Part shown: one piece after another, positions 19,401 to 28,752 of the stretch
Layout: every line of letters starts with the position of its first letter
How positions within the stretch are numbered: position 1 is the first letter of the stretch
NCBI GenBank assembly: GCA_913057875.1
Contig: CAJXPI010000001.1
Span: 1 to 49,402 of the forward strand
DNA from: an uncultured Flavobacteriales bacterium
Lineage (GTDB): Bacteria; Bacteroidota; Bacteroidia; Flavobacteriales_G; Salibacteraceae
DNA: 49,402 bases
Direction: 5' to 3'
Position numbers and translations under genes: made by a program
Notes under the pieces: model-generated
What the model was told of the DNA's origin: nothing
What the model saw: the letters and a program-made list of their open reading frames with translations, nothing else
The model's database searches: none

Positions 19401-20805
19401 TTGGAATTTTGGAGAAGGGAATGAAATTACAACGAATAGTTTACAATCCGTATATCACAATTATGGCTTACCAGGAAACTATTCGGTTTCGCTAATAACC
19501 CAATCTCAATTTGGATGTAAGGATTCCACTAAGGTGAATAATTTCATTGAAGTAAACGGTCCTTCTGGAGTTATTTATGTGGATAAGGAAACTGAATGCT
19601 TGAAAAAGAAATTGAAATTTGAGCTTTCTGGATTAAACAATACGTCTCACCTTTTTGTTTGGGACTTTGGAGATGGAGTGGTAGATACGGTGTATAATTC
19701 TACTCCAATATTTCATAAATTTAATCAGGAAAGAAATTACAATGTAACTCTATTGGTGAGTGATAGTTCTTTCGGATGCATGAAAAGTAACCAGAAAGTG
19801 GTGTCAGTTTTAGATGTAAAGGCTAAAATTCATCCGGAAGACACTGTTGGTTGTATGCCTGAAGAGCTTCTATTCGTAAATGCCTCCACCCATGCTGATA
19901 TGAGCATATGGGCCATCGGTAAAAATCAAAATATTATTGGTGAGGATTTGCAGTATACTTTTACGGATACCGGTGAATTTGAGGTGTCATTGCACGTTTG
20001 GAATGATTCTGTAGCGTGTAGAGATACGGCATTTCAAATGGTTACTATTTATCCAACCCCTCAAATAGAAACTAAGGCAGATACAACCATCTGTGAAGGA
20101 AGTCAAGTTGAACTTCGTGCATCAGGAGGTAATAGTTATTCATGGTTTCCCGGAAATTTGGTAAGTGACTCTACCATTGCAAATCCTATTACTCAGATTA
20201 CTGCATCTAAGGTTTTGTATTTACGGGGTCTAAGTATGGATGGTTGTGAAAATTTAGACTCCATTTCCGTTCATGTGATTCACCCTTCCATTCTAATTGA
20301 TTTTCCTAAGGATACTCTTATTATTCAGGGGAATGAGATAAATGTGACCGCTTTAGCTAATCAAGAAGTTAGTTTCTTATGGGAATCTTCGGAATACATG
20401 AGCTGTACGGACTGTTTTGACCCCTATATTGTTCCAGAGAATGATGCTCATTATTATTTAACCTTTGAAGACACCCTTGGCTGCTTTACAAGTGATACCA
20501 GTTTTTATGTAGAATTATTACCCTTTTCGGTATTTATTCCTAACAGTTTTAGTCCCAATAATGATGGTTTAAATGATTTGTTTAAACCCGTTTTTGATGG
20601 CGTAAGTAGCGTCATGTATTTTTATATTTACGACAGATGGGGAGGTTTGGTTTATGAGTCTAATGAAATAGACGCTGCTTGGGACGGTAAGGTAAAAGGT
20701 TCTGAACCCGTAATAAACTCCAAATACTTTTATAAGCTTAAAGTTGTTGGAGATAACTCTAAGTCCAGTGAGTTTGTTGGTGATATTAGTATTGTAGGCT
20801 TTTAA
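16465..20805 (+). CDS. Multi-PKD-domain surface protein with T9SS type B (gliding-motility/CHU-type) C-terminal domain (ORF track start 16432)
   Basis: Signal peptide ending SYS|Q, repeated GCxP...W(D/N)FGDG...Y.V.L units, and C-terminal FIPNSFSPNNDGLNDLF...IYDRWG...WDG. Confidence 0.93.
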   Translation: MRYILKFIKSLLFLFCFVLVCLQSYSQIVADFTISQSAGCAPLTVSFQDNSQGNGITFREWDFGNGNVSSGNNSSPSVIYLNPGFYDIKLTVSDGVDTSVIVKPNFVHAVQPPSANITLSDTMGCVPLLVNFGAIVNVSGGPVQYYEWDYADGSPIDSNQNGSHNFLNQGNYFVTLKITDSLGCVGVDSFNFPIQVHQPLASFHLGTPSVLCDTITPIEIINTSNGTGQLSASWFINGQNYPTFNWMGSTSQPGFFDVQMTITDSLGCSDTAIQSNFFEIRNLQLPLNFPDTVCPGKNTSFQILNASFMDVSWDFPSKRLLLGNNVNVSLDTSGFIPFNIYVDDRLGCLDTINTQVNVDLVKANFWSYPTFSCQSPMVVEFVNQSVGNIASQTWRLGSGTVGWGGQVNDTISSPGVYSDTLEVISHFGCKDTFVKVANDTLEIKEVLFQPDVFQGCAPLHVNFQNLTDPKNIKRVDWNFDTLGGLLPHSYAFSPSFTFNKPGVYTVKLEVFLENGCVSSATKLIYVGTKQNADFSIDTNWACASKRVGFTNLSSNLNLIDSYRWDFSDGTYSSKFEPVHAFKDTGYLDVTLMVGNMGCLDTLTIDSAIYINGPVLSFRPIVDCENPNNYEFKPSQKGGGDLYWNYGDLSPIDTTNSATSHSFSLIDSNYSVTLYAMDTISGCKNSFKKLIKVRFLQGVIKSSDSILCKNQNFSISTHGSVNAIQKVIWSKNNFASNWADDSLIVTKFKKGGLSKVSAIVMDINGCRDTLQTVQKVMKLKSDFNLSTNAGCSPLAMQFMDNSDSDTTIVSWRWNFGDGTTSHLKNPAKSYSVKNDTYFDISLVVVDTLGCTHVKRKKKILMVSQPTVLFRVNNMEHCFGDTLNTSLSINAQSSYIWNFGDGTSSSLHNPSKSYGQSGQYSIEVSTINKYGCKDTLKLQNDVIVHPPPSSSFTVNQGSFSCYPAGVTFTNSNPTPNTTRWSWNFGEGNEITTNSLQSVYHNYGLPGNYSVSLITQSQFGCKDSTKVNNFIEVNGPSGVIYVDKETECLKKKLKFELSGLNNTSHLFVWDFGDGVVDTVYNSTPIFHKFNQERNYNVTLLVSDSSFGCMKSNQKVVSVLDVKAKIHPEDTVGCMPEELLFVNASTHADMSIWAIGKNQNIIGEDLQYTFTDTGEFEVSLHVWNDSVACRDTAFQMVTIYPTPQIETKADTTICEGSQVELRASGGNSYSWFPGNLVSDSTIANPITQITASKVLYLRGLSMDGCENLDSISVHVIHPSILIDFPKDTLIIQGNEINVTALANQEVSFLWESSEYMSCTDCFDPYIVPENDAHYYLTFEDTLGCFTSDTSFYVELLPFSVFIPNSFSPNNDGLNDLFKPVFDGVSSVMYFYIYDRWGGLVYESNEIDAAWDGKVKGSEPVINSKYFYKLKVVGDNSKSSEFVGDISIVGF

Positions 20806-20846
20806 TACATAATTAAAATTTAGAGTAGCAGTTGAAAATCTGTTGC

Positions 20847-20885
20847 AAAAAAAAACAGGAGACTTAACTCCTGTTTTTTTTTTTT
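20847..20885. terminator. Bidirectional intrinsic terminator
   Basis: A-run, CAGGAG-acttaa-CTCCTG, long T-run, between convergent genes. Confidence 0.88.
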
Positions 20886-20895
20886 GAGGGGTGGG

Positions 20896-22524
20896 CTATG
20901 AGAAAACTTTTGACTGACCCTTTTTAGCATTGTCAATCTTGTAAATAAGATTGTCCGTATTGGGACGAGGTCTTTCAATTTGGTTTTGCGTGTTATTAAT
21001 TTCTTGAAAGGTTGCAAAAACACTCTCTACCCAAGCTCTTTTATAACTGGTATTTAGTTTAATTCTAATTTGTTTTCGCCTCTTATTTGGTGTAATAATT
21101 TCAAAATCAATGGTGTTGATTTGGCTTGGAGGCATAAGATCTCTCAGAGAATTGAAAACATAAAATTTATCTTTAGGCTCGATACATCTAAATAACTCAA
21201 TCGGTTTTAAGTGCTTTTTGTTGAGCGGTAAATCAAATATTCTTAAAAGGCCTTTGGTAAATGTTAACCTTTTGGTTGCTACATCATATTTCAAGGATTC
21301 AATAGAATTCATTTCTAATGCTTTTTCTAGATCTTGAATTGTTTGATTTTTTTTGTCTTGTATGTTATTTAAATTCTCAATTTGTTTTTCCGTTTGAGTA
21401 ATATCCTGAGTAAACCCCTGGGCTTCCAAAATATTTTTATGGAATAAGCTAACTTTAAAGTGGCTTACCTTACCTTTTTCATTTTGTGCTCTAAACTCAA
21501 AATGATCAGAGAAACCTTTTTCATGACCATGTTTTTTAAGGTTGATCATTTTTTTCTGGACCTTTGCCTGATCTTCTTGCAAAATTTGTTTTGAAATAAA
21601 TTCTTGAGTAGTCAGAATACTTGAATTCGAGAAGGGCTGAATCAGTAATTTATGTTCCCTACTTTGTTTCATTTCCAGGGTTTCTAAATTCATGCTGAAG
21701 TTACCTATTTTCGCTAATTTTTGGAATTGAGAAAGTTCATTCTTCGCCTGAATCAATTTTATGTTAGTCATTCTTTGAAGAGTAATATCTCTCACTATAG
21801 TTACGCTAATCGTTTCTCCCGTTTTACTTTTAAATTGACTAGACTCAAACTGGCCATAAAAGGAATCTCCTAGGTGGTTTTTTAATTTTGCATCAAACGG
21901 TTCTTGAAAATGAGATAGTATTCTTTTTTTAACCATTTTTTGATCCTTTCTATCGACTATGAAATCCAAGAAGTTTTTGTCGATTATTTCATTTCTTTCA
22001 TAGCCAAAGGTTGTAAGAAATGATTCGTTTGTCTCGAGTACAAGTCCTTCAAAGTGAATTAGAACACCAGCAAAAGTTGTATTTAGTATACTCTGAAACT
22101 TTGCTTTGCTTTCCACTAATTTATCTTTCGAGTTTTCCAAAGTATTTGTCAAATAGCTAAGCATTATGATTTGCGTAACTTTTTTGGATTGAATGACGGG
22201 TAAAAATTGATTTTTCTTGATATGTGTTATTTTATTAATAAAAACACGCTCTTCGCTTAGCACAGAGGTTTTACCGTTAAGGCATTTGTTTAATTGGTTA
22301 TGAAGATAGGTGAGTGATCTGGAGTTTATGGCTACCCCTAATAGTTGATTTAAGGTTTTTCCAATGATTTCATTTCTCGTGACAGTATTATTTTGAAGAG
22401 CATTTTCATTGCAATCAACCACCGTAAATTGATCTAAATGATTCTTTTCAAACACTACAATTCTAAATTGTGACTTTTCCGCTATGGCAGAATATAGTTG
22501 GTATTCATTTGTATTAGTTTTCAT
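20896..22524 (-). CDS. Multi-PAS-domain protein with no recognisable output domain (ORF track start 22584)
   Basis: PAS-like segments DCNE..RNEIIGK, NESFLTTFGYERNEIIDK..VRDIT, LAKIGNF..GFTQDIT and FQEI. No H-box, GGDEF or HTH motif seen. Confidence 0.75.
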   Translation of the reverse strand: MKTNTNEYQLYSAIAEKSQFRIVVFEKNHLDQFTVVDCNENALQNNTVTRNEIIGKTLNQLLGVAINSRSLTYLHNQLNKCLNGKTSVLSEERVFINKITHIKKNQFLPVIQSKKVTQIIMLSYLTNTLENSKDKLVESKAKFQSILNTTFAGVLIHFEGLVLETNESFLTTFGYERNEIIDKNFLDFIVDRKDQKMVKKRILSHFQEPFDAKLKNHLGDSFYGQFESSQFKSKTGETISVTIVRDITLQRMTNIKLIQAKNELSQFQKLAKIGNFSMNLETLEMKQSREHKLLIQPFSNSSILTTQEFISKQILQEDQAKVQKKMINLKKHGHEKGFSDHFEFRAQNEKGKVSHFKVSLFHKNILEAQGFTQDITQTEKQIENLNNIQDKKNQTIQDLEKALEMNSIESLKYDVATKRLTFTKGLLRIFDLPLNKKHLKPIELFRCIEPKDKFYVFNSLRDLMPPSQINTIDFEIITPNKRRKQIRIKLNTSYKRAWVESVFATFQEINNTQNQIERPRPNTDNLIYKIDNAKKGQSKVFS

Positions 22525-22555
22525 GGTTTTAGTTTTTAAGTTTGCTAGGTGACTG

Positions 22556-22951
22556 TTAATAAACGTAGTTGTTATAAATGGCATTGGGATGGGCGTAGTA
22601 ATGACCGTACGCGTATTTCGATTCTAATACATCATTCGCCACTATAAAGTTGTTTTCCGCATTACGATTTAAATGGATATTCTTCCAATTCTCAAGTAAA
22701 TTCAAGGGTGTTTTATTAAGCCTAATCATGTGAATGATAATTTCACAAAACAATGAAATGTATTTAGTGTCAGATACTAGGCCAATTGGAGGAGTGTTTA
22801 TTATAATGGTATCAAATTGAAGCTTTAAATTTTCTATTAACTTAGGAAATTGTTGGTTACCTATTAAATGGAGTGAATACTGAATGTCCACTTCATCCAT
22901 GTGATTTTGGCTGAATAATAGATTTTTATGTTGGTCGTTTGGGAGGCTCAT
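22556..22951 (-). pseudogene. wzc: C-terminal fragment of a Wzc/CpsD-type tyrosine kinase
   Basis: FDTIIINTPPIGLVSD (Walker B DTPP with D changed to N), IVANDV and a Tyr cluster KYAYGHYY. No Walker A in this ORF. Confidence 0.7.
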
Positions 22952-23170
22952 CTCTCAAAGTTATGACACAATAAAGTCAGCTATGAAAAAATCGAGTCAA
23001 AAGTTTTAAATATTCAGTCAATCACGTAAAATATGGAGCTTAATTGCTCTAGTTTTTTCAGAAGTTGAGTGCTTGCAGTGGTTGTATTTAATTTACATCC
23101 ATCTATTTATTTTTTTAATTCCCATTTCAAGAACTCTGACCATAGGTAGGTGTGACCAAATGATTAAAAT

Positions 23171-23486
23171 ATGGAATTAGTTGGGTGCAAAAATCCAAAA
23201 ATTGAATAAGGACGAATTTAAATTTATTTATTGCGGGTGGTATTAAACAGTAAATTGTGCTGTTTTTTGAAACAGAATTACCGCAGGGCTTAGTCCTTTA
23301 TTGAATAATAATTGATACTAATTTGGCTATCATTTTTGATTACAGGGCCTAATTGAGGTCATAGTTAATTAAGATACTTTAAGATTAGGTTTTCTAAAGA
23401 ACTTAACCCGAGAATTTCCATGATATTTTAAATATGCTTTGATGTGAATTTGAAGTTATGGCCTTTCCGTGAATACAGAGTCGGGA
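23171..23486 (+). pseudogene. Degraded upstream half of a Wzc-type kinase domain, on the opposite strand
   Basis: By-eye translation gives ELV..KNPK, IRTNLN (23206), NLAIIF (23320) and GLS..EY..G (23460), with stops and frameshifts. Confidence 0.45.
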
Positions 23487-23574
23487 GCGTTACATCTAAT
23501 GGTCGTAACAAGGAGTATAACTCCGATCTAAAAAAATTGGCAGAGCATTTTTTCGGAGATGATTTAAAAACTGG

Positions 23575-23603
23575 AAAAACCGTTTGTAGACTATACGGTT
23601 TTT
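23575..23603 (-). terminator. Stem-loop at the end of the kinase operon
   Basis: AAAAACCGT-11 nt-ACGGTTTTT, abutting the stop codon at 23602-23604. Confidence 0.55.
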
Positions 23604-24774
23604 AATTTTGAATATTCGGAAGGATAAATGAGGTAATTGCCAAATTTTCTTCATTTTCCAAAATGAGTTTTGCCTTGTGAAGCTTAGCAGAAAGCGCTAC
23701 AATTACTAATCCAAAGCCCACGTTTTTTTCCGTTCCAACTGGTTTAGGTCGTAAATAATTTTCAGGCGCTTGTATGACCTCTTCTGGAAACTGGGAGCCC
23801 GAATTAGATATACAAATGCAAGTTTCTAGGTCATCCACCTTTATGGATACATTAATGGTTCCATTTTGCGAACAATGATTAACGGCATTTTCAAGGATTT
23901 CTTTCAACCCTAAGACAAAAAGTTTAGTATCAATTTCTAAAAGTGCGTTTTCAGGAAAATTTGTATGCAACTCTATGTTTTTCTCATTTAGTGGGTGATC
24001 ATAGGCATGTACTTCTTGGGCTAGAAGAAGTGTGCCGTTAACCACTTTTTTATTTAAAAAATATTCTCTTGTTTTTATTTCGGAAATGACCAATGCTTTA
24101 TAGGATAGGTTATTTAATCTTTCGGCTGAGATTTTGAGTAGTTTTATTTTTTCCTCGTATTCGGTACCCTGTAAATCATTAAGGAGTATTTCGGTAAACC
24201 CCATTATACCCGTTAATGGGGTCCTTAATTCATGACTAATAGCTCTTATAAATTCTCCTTTTACTTGATCCATAATTTTAAGTTCATCATGGGCTGCTTG
24301 GAGCTCCTCAGTGATAAGTTGTATTTTGTTAGTTCTTTTCTGAACTAGGTTTTCCAAGTTTTCGTTTATATCTTTTAAATCTCGTTTTGCAAGTTGAAGA
24401 GAAATTTGTGTTTTAACTCGAGCCAATAATTCCTCATTATTGAAAGGTTTGGTTACGTAATCTTGTCCGCCTAATTGAAAACCTTTTAAAATACTATCTG
24501 TTTCTATCTTGGCAGTTAAGAAGATAATGGGAGTATCATAATTGGGATGGGTTGATTTGGATCTAATTTGTGTACATACTTCAAATCCATCAATTCCAGG
24601 CATATTAATGTCTAACAGAATTAGATCAAAATTGCTTTTTTCTAAAAGTTCTAATGCATTTTCTCCCGAAGTGGAGAAGCCACTTTTATAATGATAATCA
24701 CGAAGAAGATTACCTATTACTTGAATGTTTTGTGGCTGATCATCAACAATGAGAATTTTGGGAATATACGTCAT
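23602..24774 (-). CDS. Hybrid response regulator / histidine kinase (REC-HisKA-HATPase)
   Basis: ILIVDD, LLDINMPGIDG and DYVTKPF, then H-box SHELRTPL, N-box ILENAV and G2-like GFGL. Confidence 0.92.
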   Translation of the reverse strand: MTYIPKILIVDDQPQNIQVIGNLLRDYHYKSGFSTSGENALELLEKSNFDLILLDINMPGIDGFEVCTQIRSKSTHPNYDTPIIFLTAKIETDSILKGFQLGGQDYVTKPFNNEELLARVKTQISLQLAKRDLKDINENLENLVQKRTNKIQLITEELQAAHDELKIMDQVKGEFIRAISHELRTPLTGIMGFTEILLNDLQGTEYEEKIKLLKISAERLNNLSYKALVISEIKTREYFLNKKVVNGTLLLAQEVHAYDHPLNEKNIELHTNFPENALLEIDTKLFVLGLKEILENAVNHCSQNGTINVSIKVDDLETCICISNSGSQFPEEVIQAPENYLRPKPVGTEKNVGFGLVIVALSAKLHKAKLILENEENLAITSFILPNIQN

Positions 24775-24785
24775 ATATCTTTTCG

Positions 24786-27700
24786 CTAGTTTTGTTTTAT
24801 TGGACTTTTTACTTTCTTTTTAAATTCCAATAGTAAAAATAAAACAATATCAATTTGATAATTGTTAATGGATTCGTTTAGTTCTGAACAGAATTTTTTT
24901 AGTTCGTGGTTTTTTGTTGTAATGCTAAATTGGTGGAGGTCTAAAGAGAATGATTCTATTTCGTCAATTAATTGATTGTCAAGAACCTCATTGCATCTCG
25001 ATAAAAACTGTTGCTCAATTTCAGAAAGTAGGTCGGTAGAAATACGTTGTAAAGAAGATCCTAGCTTTTTGTGAGTTTTTTCGAGTTCTTGAACCTGGTT
25101 ATTGTTTCCCTTGATTTCCAAAAATTGACTTAGGGATGCCGTTACTTCCGCAAGTTTTACGGGTTTATGAATAAACCCATCAAATTGTTCTTTAATAGAA
25201 GAGTTTGTATTAAAATTTGGAGGTGAGGCAGAAATTGCAACCACGGGAATGGACTTAAGAAGGTCATTATTTTTCATTTTATTTAGAGCAATTTGGCCAT
25301 TCATTACGGGCATTTTTAAATCCATGAATATAAGGTCAGGCATTTCTTTTGCTGCGAGTTCTAAAGCTTGTTTCCCATTTATAGCCTCAAAAAGTTGAAT
25401 TTTAGGATGGTTTAAAAATTCAAACAAAAGCATACGATTATTTTCATTATCATCTACGATAAGAATTTTACTCTTTTTTATTTCAAGCTGCTTGATATTT
25501 GCACTATCTTGAATTTCAACGGATGGAGATTGAGTGGTTGCCTGAATATTAAAAATAGATACTTTAAATTCACTTCCCATGTGGGGTTTGCTGTTTACCG
25601 ATATCTTACCATTCATGAGTTTAACCAGGCGTTTAGAGATTGCTAATCCCAATCCAGTGCCTCCGTATTTGGAAGAATCTTGCCCAGTTTTTTGCTCAAA
25701 TTCTTGAAAAATTAATTTTTGGTCTTCTAAAGGAATTCCAATCCCAGTATCACGAACGAGAAAACATATATCTACAGAGTCATCTGGGTGAGAATTTAAC
25801 AATTTTACCGAAAGGGTTACGGTTCCATGTTCTGTAAATTTCACGGCATTTCCTAATAGATTAAATAGAATTTGACGCAGTCGGAGTTCATCGAGTAGCA
25901 GGTTACAAGGTAAGTTTTCATCTACTAGTAATTCAAACTTCAAATTTTTCTCATCAATTTTTATTTGAAATAAATTTGCGGTTTCCGTTAAAAATGTACG
26001 TAAATTAAGAGGTTGAATATAAAGCTGGAATTTACCAGACTCTATTTTCGAAAGGTCCAAAATGTCGTCAATAAGCACCAGTAGATTTTTTCCACTAGTA
26101 CGTATTGCTTGAATTTGTGATTTGTGCTTTGCGTTTTTTAGACTGGAATTGAGCAATTCAGAAAATCCAATAATAGAATTCATAGGGGTTCTAATTTCAT
26201 GACTCATATTGGCTAAAAATTCGGACTTTACTTTACTTGCTTTTTTTGCTTTCGCTAGAGAATATTTAATTTGGTCTTCGGCAAGTTTTCTTTCTGTAAC
26301 ATCGATGACATTTATTAATACTTTTTGTTTAGAATCAAGTTGGATAGCATTGAGTTCCACAGATACAAAAATGGGAGGTTGGTTTCTTCTAAACGCCTTG
26401 GTTTCAATGGTTATCCCGATTCTTGGTGTTGTTTGTTTTAGTGATAGAGTTTCTATTATTTGATTAATGTCTTCATTTTTGGTGTTGGCAATTAGAAAGC
26501 TAATTTGAGTTCCAATTATTTCTTTTTCGGTATAGCCAAAATAACTCATAGAGGTTTTGTTAACCTGTAATATTTTCGATTTTTCATCTACGAGAAGTAT
26601 GGCATAGGGTGATGCATTGAAAATTTGTCTTATTTGCTTTTCTGCTAGAATTCTTACGCGAATCTCTCGTTCTAAGTTCTTGTTGGTATGTTTTAATTCA
26701 ATGGTTCTTTCTTTAACTTTTTGTTCTAATTCTAAATTTAGGGAGTAAATTTCATTGGATGCTTGCCAATTCGAAATTGCCAAACTGGCCGTTCCAGCAA
26801 TAGATTCTAACAAGAGAGTGTCACTTTCATTAATTAGTTTTGGTGGAGTAAAATAAATCGAAAAGTTACCCACTAGTTCGTTTTTGGCGTTCACAAAAGG
26901 TACACTCCAAACACTTTTTATATTTAATCCATCAATTAGCTTGTTGAAACGAGAAAATGCATGAGCTTCTTCTAAATTCTCACATGCCTGAATTTTTTTT
27001 GTCAAATTAGCTTGTTGCGCCACTCCTTGCGTGAAACCCGCGTGCCCCATTTGTGTAACTTGAATAAATTTTACCGAAGGGTTTTTAACCGAGGTGAAAT
27101 AGGAAGTCTGGGATTCGGATATTTTAATATTGGTAACGCACATAGAATTTAAATACTCCTCGTGTATATTTTGAGTCATTAAACTAAATACCTTAGTCAG
27201 AGAGGAGCCTCGTAATATTTCCTCTAAAATTTTATTCTGATGTTGTGTTCTAAATTTCTCTTTGTTTTTTATTAGTATGTTTTTGAAGGTGATTATAACA
27301 CCTTCAAATTGATTTTTTAATGGAATTAACGAAATAGAACATTCAGTGGGGAATTGAGAGCCTGTTTTTGTGATAAAGATATTTTCTTGGACATCATGAT
27401 TAAAAATACTATTCTCTTTAAAGTTTCTTTTTACCTTCTCTAACTTTAATTCGAAAACTTTTGCATTTTTAATAAATGCATTAATAGGAAGTCCCATTAA
27501 TTCATTTGGAGAATATCCAAGTAAGTTAGATCCCATGGGATTAATATAAATGCATTTATTATGGTTGTTAATTTGGATAATACCCTCACCTGCATTTTGT
27601 AAAACATTTTTGTTAAATTCATTTAGGAGCTGAAACTGTTTTTGAGTTTCTTTTTGCTCCGTAATATCTACATGAGAACCATGCATACTTAACGGTACAT

Positions 27701-28559
27701 TGTTTTTGTCAAATTTCAAAGTAGCCGTAGCCAATAGCCAGCGGTATGAGCCATTTTTATGCTTCATTCGAAACTCTACCGAATAAGGTCGGTGTGGAGG
27801 TTTTATGGTTTGGTCTAGTTTTTCTAATGTAGGTTCTACATCTTCGGGATGCATGAGAGAGATCCATACTTCAAATGAACTGTCCAATTCATGTTCTTCG
27901 TATCCCAATTGTCTTTTATATTCTACCGAAAACTTTCCTTCTTTGGTAATCAAATTCCAGTCCCATAACCCAACTTTACCCCCGTCTATTGACGCTTTCA
28001 AGTGCGTCAAGTTCTTTTTGTTGTTAAGTTCAAGAAGCTTCTTTTCGGTGATATCGGAAATAACCCCTATTATCTTGGTGGGGTTGTTTTCTTTGGAATA
28101 TAAAATCACCCCTTTGTCTTGAATCCATGTAATAACCTGGGTTGAGCGGTTAATTATGCGATAGTCTAAACAAAAAGTGTGTTTTTTACTGGTTAGTAAG
28201 TTTTGGTAGAAATTTTCCGTAATCTCTTTATCTTCTGGGTATATTAAACTCCAAAAGTCCTCCATTTTTAAAGTTCCGTATTTATTCCAGCCCACTATAT
28301 GATCAAAAATTACAGAAGAGGTCCAAATCCCAGTGGATATATTATGGGTGTATTCGCCAATACCGGCTATTTTTATCGATTTTTTGACATTACCATGGTG
28401 GCTTCGAAGATTATTTAAAATTGAAAATAAGTGCTTTAGTCGTTTTTGATTACGAAAAAAATGTATTGAAAAATAGGAGAGAATAAAAAGGATAAATAGG
28501 AATACAAGCAACTGAAAATCAACAGGGAAATTCATTTTATAATTGAATAAAGGAACCAT
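24786..28559 (-). CDS. Hybrid sensor histidine kinase (TM, PAS x3, GAF, PAS, HisKA, HATPase, REC)
   Basis: PAS motifs IYPED, MHPED..DITE, GYSPNEL and DVTERK; GAF SVWSVP; FLANMSHEIRTP, NLLGNAVKFT, DTGIGI, GGTGLGL; REC ILIVDD..MDLKMPVMNG. Confidence 0.95.
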   Translation of the reverse strand: MVPLFNYKMNFPVDFQLLVFLFILFILSYFSIHFFRNQKRLKHLFSILNNLRSHHGNVKKSIKIAGIGEYTHNISTGIWTSSVIFDHIVGWNKYGTLKMEDFWSLIYPEDKEITENFYQNLLTSKKHTFCLDYRIINRSTQVITWIQDKGVILYSKENNPTKIIGVISDITEKKLLELNNKKNLTHLKASIDGGKVGLWDWNLITKEGKFSVEYKRQLGYEEHELDSSFEVWISLMHPEDVEPTLEKLDQTIKPPHRPYSVEFRMKHKNGSYRWLLATATLKFDKNNVPLSMHGSHVDITEQKETQKQFQLLNEFNKNVLQNAGEGIIQINNHNKCIYINPMGSNLLGYSPNELMGLPINAFIKNAKVFELKLEKVKRNFKENSIFNHDVQENIFITKTGSQFPTECSISLIPLKNQFEGVIITFKNILIKNKEKFRTQHQNKILEEILRGSSLTKVFSLMTQNIHEEYLNSMCVTNIKISESQTSYFTSVKNPSVKFIQVTQMGHAGFTQGVAQQANLTKKIQACENLEEAHAFSRFNKLIDGLNIKSVWSVPFVNAKNELVGNFSIYFTPPKLINESDTLLLESIAGTASLAISNWQASNEIYSLNLELEQKVKERTIELKHTNKNLEREIRVRILAEKQIRQIFNASPYAILLVDEKSKILQVNKTSMSYFGYTEKEIIGTQISFLIANTKNEDINQIIETLSLKQTTPRIGITIETKAFRRNQPPIFVSVELNAIQLDSKQKVLINVIDVTERKLAEDQIKYSLAKAKKASKVKSEFLANMSHEIRTPMNSIIGFSELLNSSLKNAKHKSQIQAIRTSGKNLLVLIDDILDLSKIESGKFQLYIQPLNLRTFLTETANLFQIKIDEKNLKFELLVDENLPCNLLLDELRLRQILFNLLGNAVKFTEHGTVTLSVKLLNSHPDDSVDICFLVRDTGIGIPLEDQKLIFQEFEQKTGQDSSKYGGTGLGLAISKRLVKLMNGKISVNSKPHMGSEFKVSIFNIQATTQSPSVEIQDSANIKQLEIKKSKILIVDDNENNRMLLFEFLNHPKIQLFEAINGKQALELAAKEMPDLIFMDLKMPVMNGQIALNKMKNNDLLKSIPVVAISASPPNFNTNSSIKEQFDGFIHKPVKLAEVTASLSQFLEIKGNNNQVQELEKTHKKLGSSLQRISTDLLSEIEQQFLSRCNEVLDNQLIDEIESFSLDLHQFSITTKNHELKKFCSELNESINNYQIDIVLFLLLEFKKKVKSPIKQN

Positions 28560-28752
28560 TAGATTATACGAGATTATTATTTCCGTTTCTGAAAGTATAG
28601 TATTAGAAATAGCAAATGTTTAAAAAATGAAATGTAATATTTGTGGAATATCGGCCTCGTTTTAGTAGTAAATGCTGATTTTGCTTATTTACAATATACG
28701 TATTTTTTTTTAGGTGAAGGTTTATTGAGTTTGAAGAGAAATGGGAATAAAG

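Noticed and set aside
20874-20885. Long poly-T tract as a phase-variation site
   Set aside because: It is intergenic, downstream of both genes, and explained as a terminator tail.
16846-28122. Short ORFs within or across the PKD, PAS and kinase genes, including 20820-21023
   Set aside because: Shadow or alternative-frame ORFs. The 20820-21023 ORF runs through a terminator and homopolymer tract.
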